NCBI RefSeq assembly: GCF_004010195.1
Contig: NC_057751.1
Span: forward strand, 14,176,812 to 14,240,811
Direction: 5' to 3'
Source of the DNA: Chiloscyllium plagiosum
Lineage: Eukaryota
Length of the DNA stretch: 64,000 nucleotides
Positions 27,225 to 39,750 of the stretch are shown here, piece after piece. Both the position numbers and the translations under genes were made by a program. Each line of letters starts with the position of its first letter. Position 1 is the first letter of the stretch. The notes beneath the pieces were generated by a model. It was not told the origin of the DNA, searched no databases, and saw only the letters and a program-made list of their open reading frames with translations.

Positions 27225-29105
27225 TCTTAGAGTTAGACAGCACAGAATTACATCCTTTGGTCCATGCGTCCGTGCTGACCAAGTTTCCTGAACTGAACGA
27301 ATCCCTTTTGCCTGCATTTGGTCCATTTCCCTTTCTGCTTCATGCACCTGTCCAAATGTCTTTCCAGTGTTGTAACTGGACCTGCATCTATCACTTCCTC
27401 TGGCAGTTCATTCCACATGCAAACGGCACTGAGTGTGAAAATGATGCCCCTTAACCTTTTAAATCTCACTTTTCACCTTAAAAGTATGCCCCCACGTTTT
27501 GAACTCCCCCACCCTATGGGAAAAGACCTTTTAATATTCACTTGATCCATACCCCTCATGATTTTATAAACCTTTATAAGGCCACCCCTCAACCTCCCAT
27601 GCTCCAGAGTAAAAAGTCCCAGCTTAACCAAGCCCTCCAGTCCTGGTAACATACTTGGAAATCCTTTGTGCATCCTCTCCAAATTCATCTTATCCTTCTT
27701 CGAGTAAGGTGACCAGAACTGAACACAGTACTGAAGAAGAGGCCTCACCAACATCCTGTACAACCTCAACAAGACAACCCAACTCCTACACTCAAAGTTT
27801 TGAACAGTGAAGACTAACATATGAAACAGCTTCTTAACCACCCCATTTACATGTCATGCAAATTTCAAAGGATTATATACCTGAACCCTTGCGTCTGTGT
27901 ACGACAACACTCCCCACATCCCTATCATTAGCTGTATAAGTCCTGCTCTTGTTTAATTCACAAATGCAATACCTCGTTTTTATACAAATGAAATTCCATC
28001 TGTCATTCCTCAGCCCATTGGCCAAATTGGTCAAGATCCCTTTTAAATCTTGGAACATAGAACAGTACAGCATAGTACAGGCCCTTCGGCCCTCAGTGTT
28101 GTGCTGGCCTTTAATCCTGCTCTAAGATCAGACTAACCTACACACCCTTCACTGTGCTATCATCCAGGTGCCTATCCAAGATCTGCTTAAATGTCCCTGA
28201 TGTATCTGAGTCTACTACCACTGCTGGCAGTGCATTCCACACACCGACCACTCTCTGTGTAAAAGACCTACCTGTGACATCTCCCCTAAACCTTTGGTGA
28301 CTACATTTCAAAAGTAGTTCAATGGCTGGTGAAGTGCTTGTATGTACTCTATCCGTGAAAGTTATTTTATGAATGGAAGTTACTTCTTTCTTATATTACA
28401 GTAACTCTCCGTAATCTGAGGTTAAGAAGGAAGTATTTGACTAAAAATATTTAGACAGAATCTTTGTCAGCTCTCCAGATATTAATAATTTTTTAAAATC
28501 TCACAGCACCAGGTCACAATCCAACAGGTTCAACCTTCTTCACTGTTGATTATACCGCCAATTTTGGTGTCATCTGCGAACTGCAAAACCCTGCTTCCTA
28601 AATTCTCATCCAAATCATTTATAAAAATTACAAACAAAATTGGACCCACAGTCCTGATTCCAACAGAACACTGCGAGTCTCCAGTCGAAAAAAACAACCC
28701 TCTGCCCTCCTCGACCTTTTTGATTACATCCTAGAAAGATTCTAACCAGGTTTGTGAGAGACACTTTCCGATATACAACGCCGTGCTGCCTATCCCTAAT
28801 CTGGACCTGCCTATCCAAATGCATATAACTTCTATCTCTGAGAATTCCTTCCAACAATTCACCCACCACTGATGTCAGACTCACTGGTCTGTAGTTCCCA
28901 GGCTCCTCCTTACAACCTTTCTGAAGTAAAGGCACAACATTACCCACCCTCCAGGCTCCTGGCACAGATATCTCTATTTGGAGTCCTGCAATTTTTTTCC
29001 CCTACATTTCCACAACTTCCTGGAATACACTTGATGAGGTCCTGGAAATTTCTCCACCTTTATGTTCTGTTTAAGACCTCCAGCACCATCAGCTCTGTAA
29101 GATGA
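27225..29105 (-). mobile_element. Cluster of CR1 LINE fragments on the minus strand
   Basis: Minus-strand ORFs LYRMLVRPLLQYCVQFWSP (27473-27841) and PGNYRPVSLTSVVG (28615-28965); a separate CR1 3' end at about 28052-28292. Confidence 0.88.
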
Positions 29106-29173
29106 CTGGTTTCAAGAACTGCAATGAAGAATATTTAACCTGAGTGACACTTGTGTGGATGCACGATGAATAA

Positions 29174-29647
<474 letters not shown>

Positions 29648-31670
29648 TAGATGTGTGGTGATTGATTGGTTAATGTATTTCCTCAATATTATTTGAGAGA
29701 AGAATACAGGACAGGATATGAGAGGAACCCTCGTTGTACTTGACATTAATTCCATGAGAAGTGTATTATCCATGTGAGAAGGTAGTTCATTTCAATAAGT
29801 GAAAAACAATGTCATTGAGATTACGGTCCCAGACCAGGCTGCCCAATTTGCGTTGCAGTCTGACAAGGGAGCAATAACTTTTTTGTTTTAGGTTGACGAA
29901 GTGAGATATTCCAGGTACTTGATAAGAGAATAAAGTCAGTATTCCAATATTTGGAAAGAACTACACAAAGTTGGAATGGTAATAGAACCTACCATATATA
30001 TTTCTGTGTATTAACTTATTTTTGAACTTCTGAAATTAACCTGAGGTCAACATAGGTAACATGAACTGTGGTTGAATGCCCCACAGAGCATGACACATGT
30101 GGTCAAGACAGATCCCACAGATTTCTAAGTAAACACCACTCCCAACATTAGTAACTACAGATCAATCAATTTAATCAAAATGTTGCATGTGATTCCTGTT
30201 GTTCTGTTCAGCAGATCTAGCTTCAGAATTTCTTCAAACAACACTCTGTCAAGTAATGGCTCAATGACTACTCACTCCCTGGTAGTTCATCTTCCTTTCC
30301 CAGTTCTGTACTCCCCTGGATTCTTAAAAATGCACTCCAGTACTGAGAGGCACAACCATACTTTTTCACAGACAACTAGCTTCACCAAGCCAGGACTGCT
30401 CCTGATCTGTTACTGCACAGAATGATCCAACCACTCTGGGTCTTCTCTTTGCACTCCAACTAGACAGCAGCAGTGTTAATTTTGCGCATCAGTCTCCTTG
30501 GTGGAACTTTGTCAAAAACATCTGAAAACCATACAATCCACATCCACTGGCTCCCCGATCATCTCTTTTTGTTACATTCCCTAAGAATTCCAGTAGATTG
30601 CTCAAACGTGCTTCCCTTTTGTAAATCCATACTGACTGTGTCTGATTCTACCACTGTTTTCAAAGTACTCTACTATAAAATCCTTGATGATAAACCTTTG
30701 CATCTTCACCACTATGGGTAGCTGACTCACACTCGTTATAATTGGTTCAGCGGTTTATTACCAACAAATTTACATTACAAAAGATTGAAACAAAGTAAGC
30801 GTAAAACATTACCTGAGGTAACCACTAAAATTTTAAAGCCAGAATCAACATAGTTTAAACGATGGGTAAACAGCATTATGCAGTGAGTTATAAACTGTGC
30901 ATTATACATTGGCAGCCCACTCAGTGCCGGTCATCAATTTCAGTCACATTTTCAAAATGCTGCATTGCTAATGAAGAATTGTAGCTCCTTTCCAATGGAC
31001 GTAGTATGATGTTCAGGCAACAGCAGCACGCAATCAATCTGAGTTCCACAAAAAAGTCAGGTCAGCAGAATCTGTTGCAAACCTCCCCAACGATGCCCAC
31101 AATGATCTAGCTGGTGTCGCTCCATTAGTGTTACCTTCAAGTTACGGGACCAGTTGCACCAGGTGTATGTTTGCTTATTTTCAGCTTCTGGATCTGAGCT
31201 CCATCTAGAGTCATCGTCTGGGATTTGATGGTTGTGTCTTTTTTTATATAGTTCCAGTCTTCCCAAAGTTTGTGTGCGTAATGAGTTTCAGTCTGAGATC
31301 ATTCCAGTTCCTAAGGAAACTGATTACTTTCTCTCCCTCCCTTTTCACTCAGTTTGTTTTTTTTAAACTGACCCAATAAAACCACAAAGTCCACTGCACT
31401 TGTTTGGCATTAGCCTGTAATTGAGAGGCTGTTTAGTTCTTTTAATGAAAATTAGAACTTGCGTATCATTGCAGAGGAGTGGAGGACAGTGGCATTGCCT
31501 GACAACAGCTAGTTTTGAGATGGATAGTGTATAAGCCTTTGCTGTGAAGAGACTCCAAGGTTTTAGTGAGATTGCAAGTTATTATGTATTCTAACTGGCA
31601 CTGAGCCGTGCTCACCCATCACCCTCAATCCAAATCCGACACTCAGGCTGTCAGTGCCCCAGTCTTTTTA

Positions 31671-31995
31671 AATTACATTACATTTCCTACAGTGCGGAAA
31701 CGGGCCCTTCAGTCCAAAAAGTCCACATCAACCCTCCGAAGAGTAACCCACCTTGGCTCATTTCCCAACATTTACCGCTCTCTAATGCCACCTAACATGA
31801 TGGAAATTTGGCATGGCCAGTTCACCTGACCTGCACATCTTTTGGAATGTGGGAGGAAACCGGAGCATCCGGAAGAAGCCCACGCAGACACGGGGAGAAT
31901 GTGCAATCTCCACACAGACAGTCGCCCAAAGTGGGAATCGAGCCCGGCTCCCTGGTGCTGTGAGACAGCAGTGCTAACCACTGAGCCACCGTGCT
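31671..31995 (-). mobile_element. HE1-like V-SINE, full length
   Basis: Reverse complement of 44572-44890: tRNA head, V-domain ttctccccgtgtctgcgtggg, CR1-like tail. Confidence 0.9.
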
Positions 31996-32519
31996 GATTT
32001 AAAATCTCTTGTCTTGTCTGTGGACCCTTGTGTAGCCTAACCTTTTTCTAAAGAACATGAGTGAATCAGAAGGCTTTTTATGATAGTTGATGACAGTTGT
32101 TATAGTCACCATCATTGAGACAAGGTTACTGTTCAAGATATCCTTCATGGAAAAGTGGCGTAGTGGGATTTTAAGCGATGTCCACAAAGCTGGACACCGA
32201 GACCAGTTGCTCACTGACTGATGTTTTACACCACCATCTCACCCTACGTTGCTCTCATGCCCACATAGTTGTCTTTGGTATGAATTCTGAAAGTTCCTGC
32301 TTGCAAGAAGTTGCCCAAATCCCTTGTCCACTTATTACATGCAAATAACCTGCCTCAGCTTTGCAAAAAGAGCATTTTGGATTCCAAGTCAGTGAAAATT
32401 TGTTTTATTAACCTCACTTTCGATTAGTTGCTTACGATCTTAAAAGTAGGGTTCCCAGCTATTGGCTCACTCACCAGTGAGAACAGTATTTCTCTGGGAA
32501 CTTTGTAGAGCAGAACTAC

Positions 32520-32875
32520 AAGTAAATTCGTGATCTCAATTCATGATCTAGAGTCAGAAGTTCAAATTTCACTATAGCTGCTGCACAATTCAATTCAAAT
32601 TTAATATTTGTAATAACAAGATATTATTGGTGACGGTGGCCATGAAACTACAGGGTTGTCATAAACCCATCTGGTTCATTCCTGACCTCCAAGATAGGAT
32701 ACTCAGTCCGGCATATATTGGACTCCAAACATACAGCAATGTGGATTACTTGAAAGTGCCCTCTGAAGTAGTCTAGCAAATCCGTCAGTTGTTTTTACCT
32801 TCTCAAAAGCAGTGAGGGGTAGTCAGTAAATGCTGGCCTTGTCAGCGATACCCACATTCTGTGAATTAAAAATAA
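32520..32875 (+). mobile_element. tRNA-derived SINE (second family), degenerate
   Basis: Similar to 46105-46475; tail resembles the 3' end of the second LINE family. Confidence 0.65.
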
Positions 32876-33514
32876 AATTGAAAAAACCTTCATTGGTTCA
32901 TCTTTTAACCTTCTCTGTTCAAGATGATTAATCGAACTGTTGCCGAAAACTGAATTTTGTCATCCCCGAGAGCACATACGTTTTGTATCTATCCTTCATT
33001 TGATAGCCAGAATGGTCCACATAACTTCAACTGAGGTTAACCAGAGATTAAGAAAGTTTAAAATTATCACTTTGTTTTTATATTCTGTTCCATTGCGAGT
33101 TAAATGAACATCAGTTTGCTCAGCCTTTGCAAATGAAAGCAAGCTGTTTGTCAAAGACAAATAGTATCGAGTGAACTTCATTGAATTATTTGAAGAGGCC
33201 TGGAGCAGGCTGTTTAAGGTAGTTCCATTAATGTATCTTTGGACTTCAGGAAGAAATTCCATAAATAAGACCATAGACATAGGAGGAACTGTTCAACCCA
33301 TTAAGTCTGCTCTGCCGTTTAGTGAGATCACGGCTGATGAAAAATCCTTAACTCTAAAAGGACTTAGCTCAAGTGTCACCAGCCTTCATTTTCAGCAGCG
33401 GCAGGGGCAAGGACCAGGGGACTGCCAGGAAGGTAAGTTTCCCTGTAAAAGGACTTAGTTGGGTCATCACCAGCCTTCATTTTCCAAGGATTTAGCTTTT
33501 CCAAGTAATGACAG

Positions 33515-34790
33515 ACGGGGTGAGCCTGATGTCAGTGGTAGGGAAGCTGCTGATGAAGATACTGAGGGATAGGATCAGTCAATTCATGTGGATGAAAATG
33601 GTCTTATCAGTGATAGGCAGTATGATTTTATGCAGGGGAGGTCATGTCTTACCAAAATAATAGAATTCTTTGAGGAAGTGACAAGGTTGATTGATGAGGG
33701 AAGGGCTGTAGATGTCGTATACAGGTCATATACATGGACTTCAGTAAGGCATTTGATAAGGTTCCCCATGGTAGACTGATGGAGAAAGTGAAGTTGCATG
33801 TGGTTCCAGGATCTGCTTGCTAGATGGATAGAGAACTGGCTGGGCAACAGGAGACAGTAGTAGTGGAAGGGAGTTTCTCAAAATGGAGACCGGGTGACCA
33901 GTGGTGTTCCACGGGGATCTGTGCTGGGACCACTGTTGTTTGTGATATACATAAATGATCTGGAAAAAGGTATAAGTGGTCTGATTAGCAAGTTTGCACA
34001 TGACATGAAGATTGGTGGAGTAGCAGATAGTGAAGGGGACTTTCCGAGAATGCAGCCAAATATAGATTGGAGACTTTGGGCAGAGAAATGGCAGATGGAG
34101 TTCAATCTGGACAAAGGTGAGGTGATGCATTTGGGAAGATCCAATTCATGAGCGAACAATGCGGTAAATGGAAAAGCCCTGGGGAAAATTGATGTACTGA
34201 GAGACCGAGGTATTCAGGTCCATCGTACCTTGAAGGTTGGAACGCAGGTTGACAAAGTGGTCAAGGAGGCATATGGCATGCTTTCCTTCATCGGATGGGG
34301 TATTGAGTGCAAGAGTTGGCAGGTCATGTTGCAGTTGTATAGGACGTTAATTTGGCCAGATTTGGAATACTGTGTACAGTCCTGGTCACCACATTACCAA
34401 AAGGATATGGGTGCTTTGGAGAGGGAGAGGTTGAAATTAGGATTATTTTCATTAGAAAGTTGGAGGTTGAGGGCGGTCCTGATTGAGGTCCACAAAATCA
34501 TGAGAGGTATAGACAGGGTGGATAGCAAGAAGCTTTTTCCCTGAGTAGGGGACTCTATTACTTGGGGTCAGAAAAGTTTAAGGGAGGTATGCGTGGAAAA
34601 TTCTTTACACAGAGGGTGGGTGCCAGAGACGTGTTGCCAGTGGAGGTGGTAGAGGTGGGCATGATAGTGCCATTTAAGATATATCTAGAAAGATACATGA
34701 ATGGGCAGGGGGCAGAGGGATCAGATCAGTACAAAATAGATGACAGGTTTAGATAGATGATCTGGATCGGCGCAGGCTGTAATTTTCTTT
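33515..34790 (+). mobile_element. CR1 LINE 3' fragment
   Basis: GRSCLTKIIEFFEEVT, TSGVPRGSVLGPLLF, LEYCVQSWSP. Confidence 0.92.
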
Positions 34791-34877
34791 GTTCCGCTTT
34801 ACTGTGTTTTCCTATAATCCTTGATTCCCTTATTACTTATAAAATCTGTCTATCGCAGTCTTGACAATCCTTCATAA

Positions 34878-35581
34878 TGTTATGAAGATGTGTGTTTACC
34901 TTTGAGAGTTAAAAGCAGCAGAACTACCGGACACAGCACCAAGTGCTTTCAATAAGGCAGCAATGTAACACTGAGTCGAACAACTCGATTAGTTCATTAC
35001 GTGGAGAGAAAAACAAATTCGAATTCAGCCAATCATTTTAAAATTATACCCTGAAAATATACCAATTTCCAATCAAGTTTGAGTTGAGTATGTTGACAAT
35101 CTTAAAAGCCAGTGACACAATTGGATGCTGCGGTGTATAAAACCAGGGGAAAAGTGAACAGTTGAGAGGAGAACTGCATCGTCCTAGCATGTAACAGACT
35201 GCTTGATAAAAATCTCTCTCTTAAAAGTACCTTTTTAATCAGTAACCTGTCACGCAGAAGTTCCTAATAAGGAGAAAAGAAGGCACAGGAAGATCCAAAG
35301 ACAAGAACCTACAGCTGCCTGGTTTTGAGATAAGTGTTGTTTTGTAAATCTTACTTGGGAGTTTTATCAGACTAGTGTTATTGAAGGGAAGGTAAAAGAT
35401 AGGTTAGAGTAAGGACTTGTACATAGTTGTTAGCTAATTATTCTCTGTTATACTTTAAGAAATAAAGTTGTTAATTTTTACTACTTGGCCACTCGAATTT
35501 TTACAGATTACTGTACGGGATAAATCTTTACTGAGTTGCTAGTTTAAAATTAAGCAAGAGAGTTTACTCCGTGTCGTAACA
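34878..35581 (+). repeat. Left LTR (704 bp)
   Basis: Begins tgttatga, ends tgtcgtaaca; TATAAAA at 35136-35142, AATAAA at 35461-35466; followed by PBS. Confidence 0.93.
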
Positions 35582-35584
35582 GTT

Positions 35585-35604
35585 TGGGGGCTCGGGTCTG
35601 TGAT
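35585..35604 (+). promoter_or_regulatory. Primer binding site, tRNA-Pro type (degenerate)
   Basis: tgggggctcg-gg-tctgtgat, 3 nt after the LTR; the tRNA-Pro PBS is TGGGGGCTCGTCCGGGAT. Confidence 0.85.
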
Positions 35605-35763
35605 TTGAACTGTTCAGACAAACTTGAATAGATTTGGGGTATGAAAAATTCCAGCAGATTTAAACACTTGCAGGTTAGTGTTCGAGATCTTCAAATAAAA
35701 CACAGGTGAGACAATTTGTTTAATTTTGGTGACTTGTGGTTGATTAAATTAAAAGTGAGGGAA

Positions 35764-36900
35764 ATGGCTCTTAAAATTGCAGAAGAGGTTCTGGGATTTG
35801 AAGATGATTATCAAATTTGCCAAGAAAGTTTAGAAGGAAAGAAAAAGACCATATTTTTAGAAATGGACAAGTGCAGTAGAGGTAGAACAACTGAAATGAC
35901 AATTGAGGAAAATGGAGTTAGAAGGTAAACTTAGAGGGAGAGAGAAAGGGAAAGAGAGAAAAGAAAGACAGAGAGAGGAAAAAGAGAGGGAAGGTTCTTG
36001 ACTGACCAGAGAGAGAGAGAGAGAGAGAATGTGAACTTGAGAAGTTGCGACTTTGTCAAGCAAAGTCAAGTTAACAGGATGGAGATTAAAAGAGAAGATA
36101 GTGATACCTGTAAATATGTCAAAACACAGGCACATTTTGATGAGGAAGATGTTGAAGTTTTCTTTATTTCACTTGAAAAATTGCCGAGGCCAATGGAGTG
36201 GTCCAAGGATTTATAGGTAATGTTATTTCAGACTAAATTGGTAGGCAGAGCTAGTGAGGTATTTACTGCGCTGTCAGATGAGGGTTCAAGAGATTATGAA
36301 GAGGTTAAACAAGCTATTTTAAGTGCTTATGAATTGGTACCAGAAGCATATAGACAGTGGTTCAGAAACACAAAGAAGGAATCAGGTCAGACTTATGTTG
36401 AGTTCGAAAGAATTAAACATGGTCATTTTGATCAGTGCGTGTGTACTTTGAAAATCGATAGGACATTTGAGGCTCTCGGAGAGATTATTCTGCTGGAGGT
36501 GTTTAAAAACTCACTTCCAGAGATGGTAAGAATTCACATGGAGGAACTGAAAGTTCAGAAGTGAGAAGGGCATCAGAATTAGCAGATGAGGACGTGCTGG
36601 TGCATAAGACAAGCTTCTGGCCAGAATTTCGTCCTCTGAAGATTAGAAGGGCAGATCCTACACTACTAAACCAAGAATCGAGCACACTGGTAAGATGTCA
36701 CCACAGGTTAAAGGAGCCCAAGACAGTGGACAGGAGGTGAAAGGCCTCAGGTGTTTTCACTACATTGGAGTGGGACACAGAAAATTACAGTGCTGGTGGT
36801 TCAAGAAGAGCACTGGGAAAAGGTGTCTTCACTGCCAGAAGGTGGGACACGTGAAGACACACGTTGCTGGTCTTTAAAGAAAGGCATTGTGGGAAAAGAC
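35764..36900 (+). pseudogene. gag remnant with SCAN-like capsid domain and two zinc knuckles
   Basis: YEEVKQAILSAYELVPEAYRQWFR...EIILLEVFKNSLPEMVRIH (ORF 36220-36564); CFHYIGVGHRKLQC and CLHCQKVGHVKTH (ORF 36695-36877). Confidence 0.85.
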
Positions 36901-37084
36901 TTGGTAAAAGAAGCGACGCCGGTGGCATTAGTGAAGGTAGTAAAGGCGACCCTAGGAAGAGCTGAGGATCTGCAGGAGAGTGCACAGCTTAAGCAGAGTC
37001 TGGGAAGGGAGTTAGTCCCTGATCTTCAAAAAATTTGCCTCCGTGGGTAAATTTTACTCAAACAACAGGGGGAGAAGGGCAAGA

Positions 37085-39017
37085 AGTTATAATTTTCAGA
37101 GATGCAGGATCGAACTACTTGCTGTGATAGGAAGGGATGAGTGAATATTCACAATTTCTAATCTGTTATCTGAGAGTGTGGTAATTTGTGGGACAGATGG
37201 ATAGAAATTTAGCGTTACCCGATGTAAGGTCAGGTTGGAGTGCCAACTTGAGGCTGGGGAAATTACAGTGGGAGTGATTGACTGAGTTTCAATTCCAGGA
37301 TTTAGTAAGATCCAAGATGGGAGTGACACCCCCTTTTGTGGAGAAGCCCAAGGAAAACCAAGAAACTGAGGAGTTAAAACAGAAATATCCTGACATTTTC
37401 CCAGACTGTGTCGTAACCAGATCCCACTATCGTAAGTCACAGCATGAAGTGAAAACTAAAGAGGAAGATGAAGGGGTTGAGGTTCAATTAGCGGATACCC
37501 TGTTTGACGTAATGGTGCAGGAAAAACCTGAACAGACAGAGGTGTTTAGTCCTGAAAGGGTAAGAGACTCGCAACAGTAAGACAAGATGATAAAAGATAT
37601 ATATATATGTGTGGATGTGTACTCTGAAAAGGAGGCAGAGAATATTCTGGAGGGTTGTTATCTGAAAGGTAGAATCCTCAGACAGGAATGGAGACCACGG
37701 CAGGTTAGTGCAGAGGAGAAATGGGCCGAAGTGCACTAGATTGTATTGCTGGTAGTGTCCAGACAGGAAGTGTTGCAGGTACCACATGAACTACCTGGAG
37801 GAGGTCACTGAGAGGTACGAAAGATTCTGGCAAAAGTACAAAAACATTTCTATTGGCCTGGAATGCTCAAGGATGTGTTTAACTTGTGCCGGATGTGTCA
37901 TACATGCAAAATGGGAGGTAAGCCACAGGCAGTAATAAAACCAGCACGTTTGTTGCCAATTCCCATATTTGAAGAACCTTTCACGTGGGTTATAATTGAT
38001 TGTGTAGGTCCCCTCCCAAGAATTAAAAGTGGGAACCAGTACTTGTTAACCATCATGGATGTGTCTACCAGATTTCCCATGGCAATTCCATTATGCAGTA
38101 TCAAGGCAAATAAGGTGGTAGAGGAGTTGGTAGCCTTCTTCACACAGTATGGGCTACTCAGATTCAGTCGGACCAAGGGTGAAATTTTCCTGCTAGGCTG
38201 TTTAAGGAAATTATGGATAGCTTCGGTGTAAAGCACTTTTCATCCTGAATCCCAGGGAGCTTTGGAAAGGTGGCATCAGACCTTGAAGACCATGTTAAGA
38301 GCATACTGTCAGGATTACTCGAATGATTGGGATAAAGGTATCCCATTCGTATTGTTTGCCATTAGAGATGCCCCAAATGAATCTACTCAGTTCACTCCTT
38401 TTGAGTTCATAATTGGTCATGAAATGAGAGGCTGTGTGAAATTAATTAAAGAAACTTTGACAGGATCAAAGTCGGAGATCTTACAATTAGATTATGTGTC
38501 GAAGGTGAAGGAGAGATTAACTCGAGGAGGTGAGTTAGCTAAACAGCACCTAAAAAGGGCACAGTGGAAAATGAAGCAGGTGGCAGATAAAAACTCTGAG
38601 GCTCGGTCGTTTCCCCAAAGGGATAACGTGTTCGTACTGTTACCAATGATAGGAGATCCCTTCAAAGCTAAGTTTAGTGGTCCATATCAAATTGAGAAAA
38701 AGTTGTGTCAGGTGAAGTATTTGGTAAAGATGCCAGAGGAGTGGGATGGATTAGTAAGCTATCTGTCTCAGGAGCATAGAACAGAGTTGAAAGGTTTATT
38801 ACTACAGTATAAGGACATATGTAAGAATCAGGTGGGGAGGACTAATACTATTGTACGTGAAGCAGGCATAGGGAATACTACTCCGATAAAACAATATTCC
38901 TATTGGCTTAATCCTCTCAAAGCCAGACAGGTCCAGGTGGAGGTGGAGGTCATGCTTGACGAGAACATCATGAAACCAAACCAGAACCAATGGAGTTTGT
39001 CAATCGTCTTAGTTCCC
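37085..39017 (+). pseudogene. pol remnant: aspartic protease, integrase (zinc finger, DDE core, GPY motif), then the first residues of RT
   Basis: IIFRDAGS near 37089-37112; FYWPG..CRMCHTC, IIDCVGPLP, LTIMDVSTRFP, HPESQGALERWHQTLK, FSGPYQI; then PIKQYSYWLNP...MLDENIM...WSLSIVLVP, where it breaks off. Confidence 0.9.
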
Positions 39018-39035
39018 ATCCTGGACGAGCCCTCA
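39018..39035 (-). promoter_or_regulatory. Second tRNA-Pro PBS attached to the inverted LTR
   Basis: Reverse complement tgagggctcgtccaggat matches TGGGGGCTCGTCCGGGAT at 16/18, with the same gtt spacer as the left copy. Confidence 0.88.
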
Positions 39036-39038
39036 AAC

Positions 39039-39750
39039 TGTTATGACATTGAGTAAACTCTCCTGCTTAATTTTAAATCAGCTGCACAGAAAAGATTTTT
39101 CCCATGCAGTAATCTGTAGAAATTTGAGTGGCCAAGAAATATATAAAGGAAAAACTAACAACTTTATTTCTTAAAGTATAACAGAAAATAATTAGCTAGC
39201 AACTATGTACAAGTCCTTACTCTAACCTATCTTTTATCTTCCCTCCTATAACACTAGTCTGATAAAACTCCCAATTAAGATTTACCAAACAACACTTCTT
39301 ATCTCAAACCCGGGCAGCTGTAGGTTCTTGTCTTTGGATCTTCCTATATCATCTTTTCTCCTTGTTACGAATTTCTGCATGACAGGTTACTGATCAAAAA
39401 GGTACTTTTAAGAGAGAGATTTTTATCAAGCAGTCTGTTACCTGCTAGGACGATGCAGTTCTCCTCTCAACTGTTCTATTTTCTCCTGGTCTTATACCTC
39501 AGAGCATCCAATTATGTCATTGGCTTTTAAGATTGTCAGTATACTCAATTCAAACATGATTGAAAATTGGTATCTTTTCAGGGTATAATTTTAAACTGAT
39601 TGGCCAAATTCAAATTTGTTTTTGTCTCCAGGCAAAAAACTAATCGAGTTCGACCTGGTGTTACATTGTTGCCTTATTGAGAGCACTTGGTGCTGTGTCT
39701 GGTAGTTCTGCTTTTAACTCTCTTAAAGGTAAACACACATCCTCATAACA
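39039..39750 (-). repeat. Right LTR (712 bp), inverted relative to the left LTR
   Basis: Reverse complement reads tgttatgaggatgtgtgtttaccttt...tgtcataaca, colinear with 34878-35581; by eye roughly 85-90% identical. Confidence 0.93.

Larger units (their letters stand above)
34878..39750 (+). mobile_element. Degenerate Gmr1-like Ty3/Gypsy LTR retrotransposon (gag-PR-IN-truncated RT) with inverted LTRs
   Basis: TG...CA termini, ATAA at 34874-34877 and 39751-39754, PBS, SCAN-like gag, CCHC knuckles, protease, integrase and the start of RT, with many stops and frameshifts. Confidence 0.93.

Noticed and set aside
29810..31400. Possible old solo-LTR-like segments
   Set aside because: No partner copy, termini or TSD could be established by eye.
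34878..39750. DIRS element or DNA transposon as explanation for the inverted termini
   Set aside because: It encodes a DDE integrase with Gypsy gag and protease, and has tRNA PBSs and TG..CA LTRs; no tyrosine recombinase or transposase seen.
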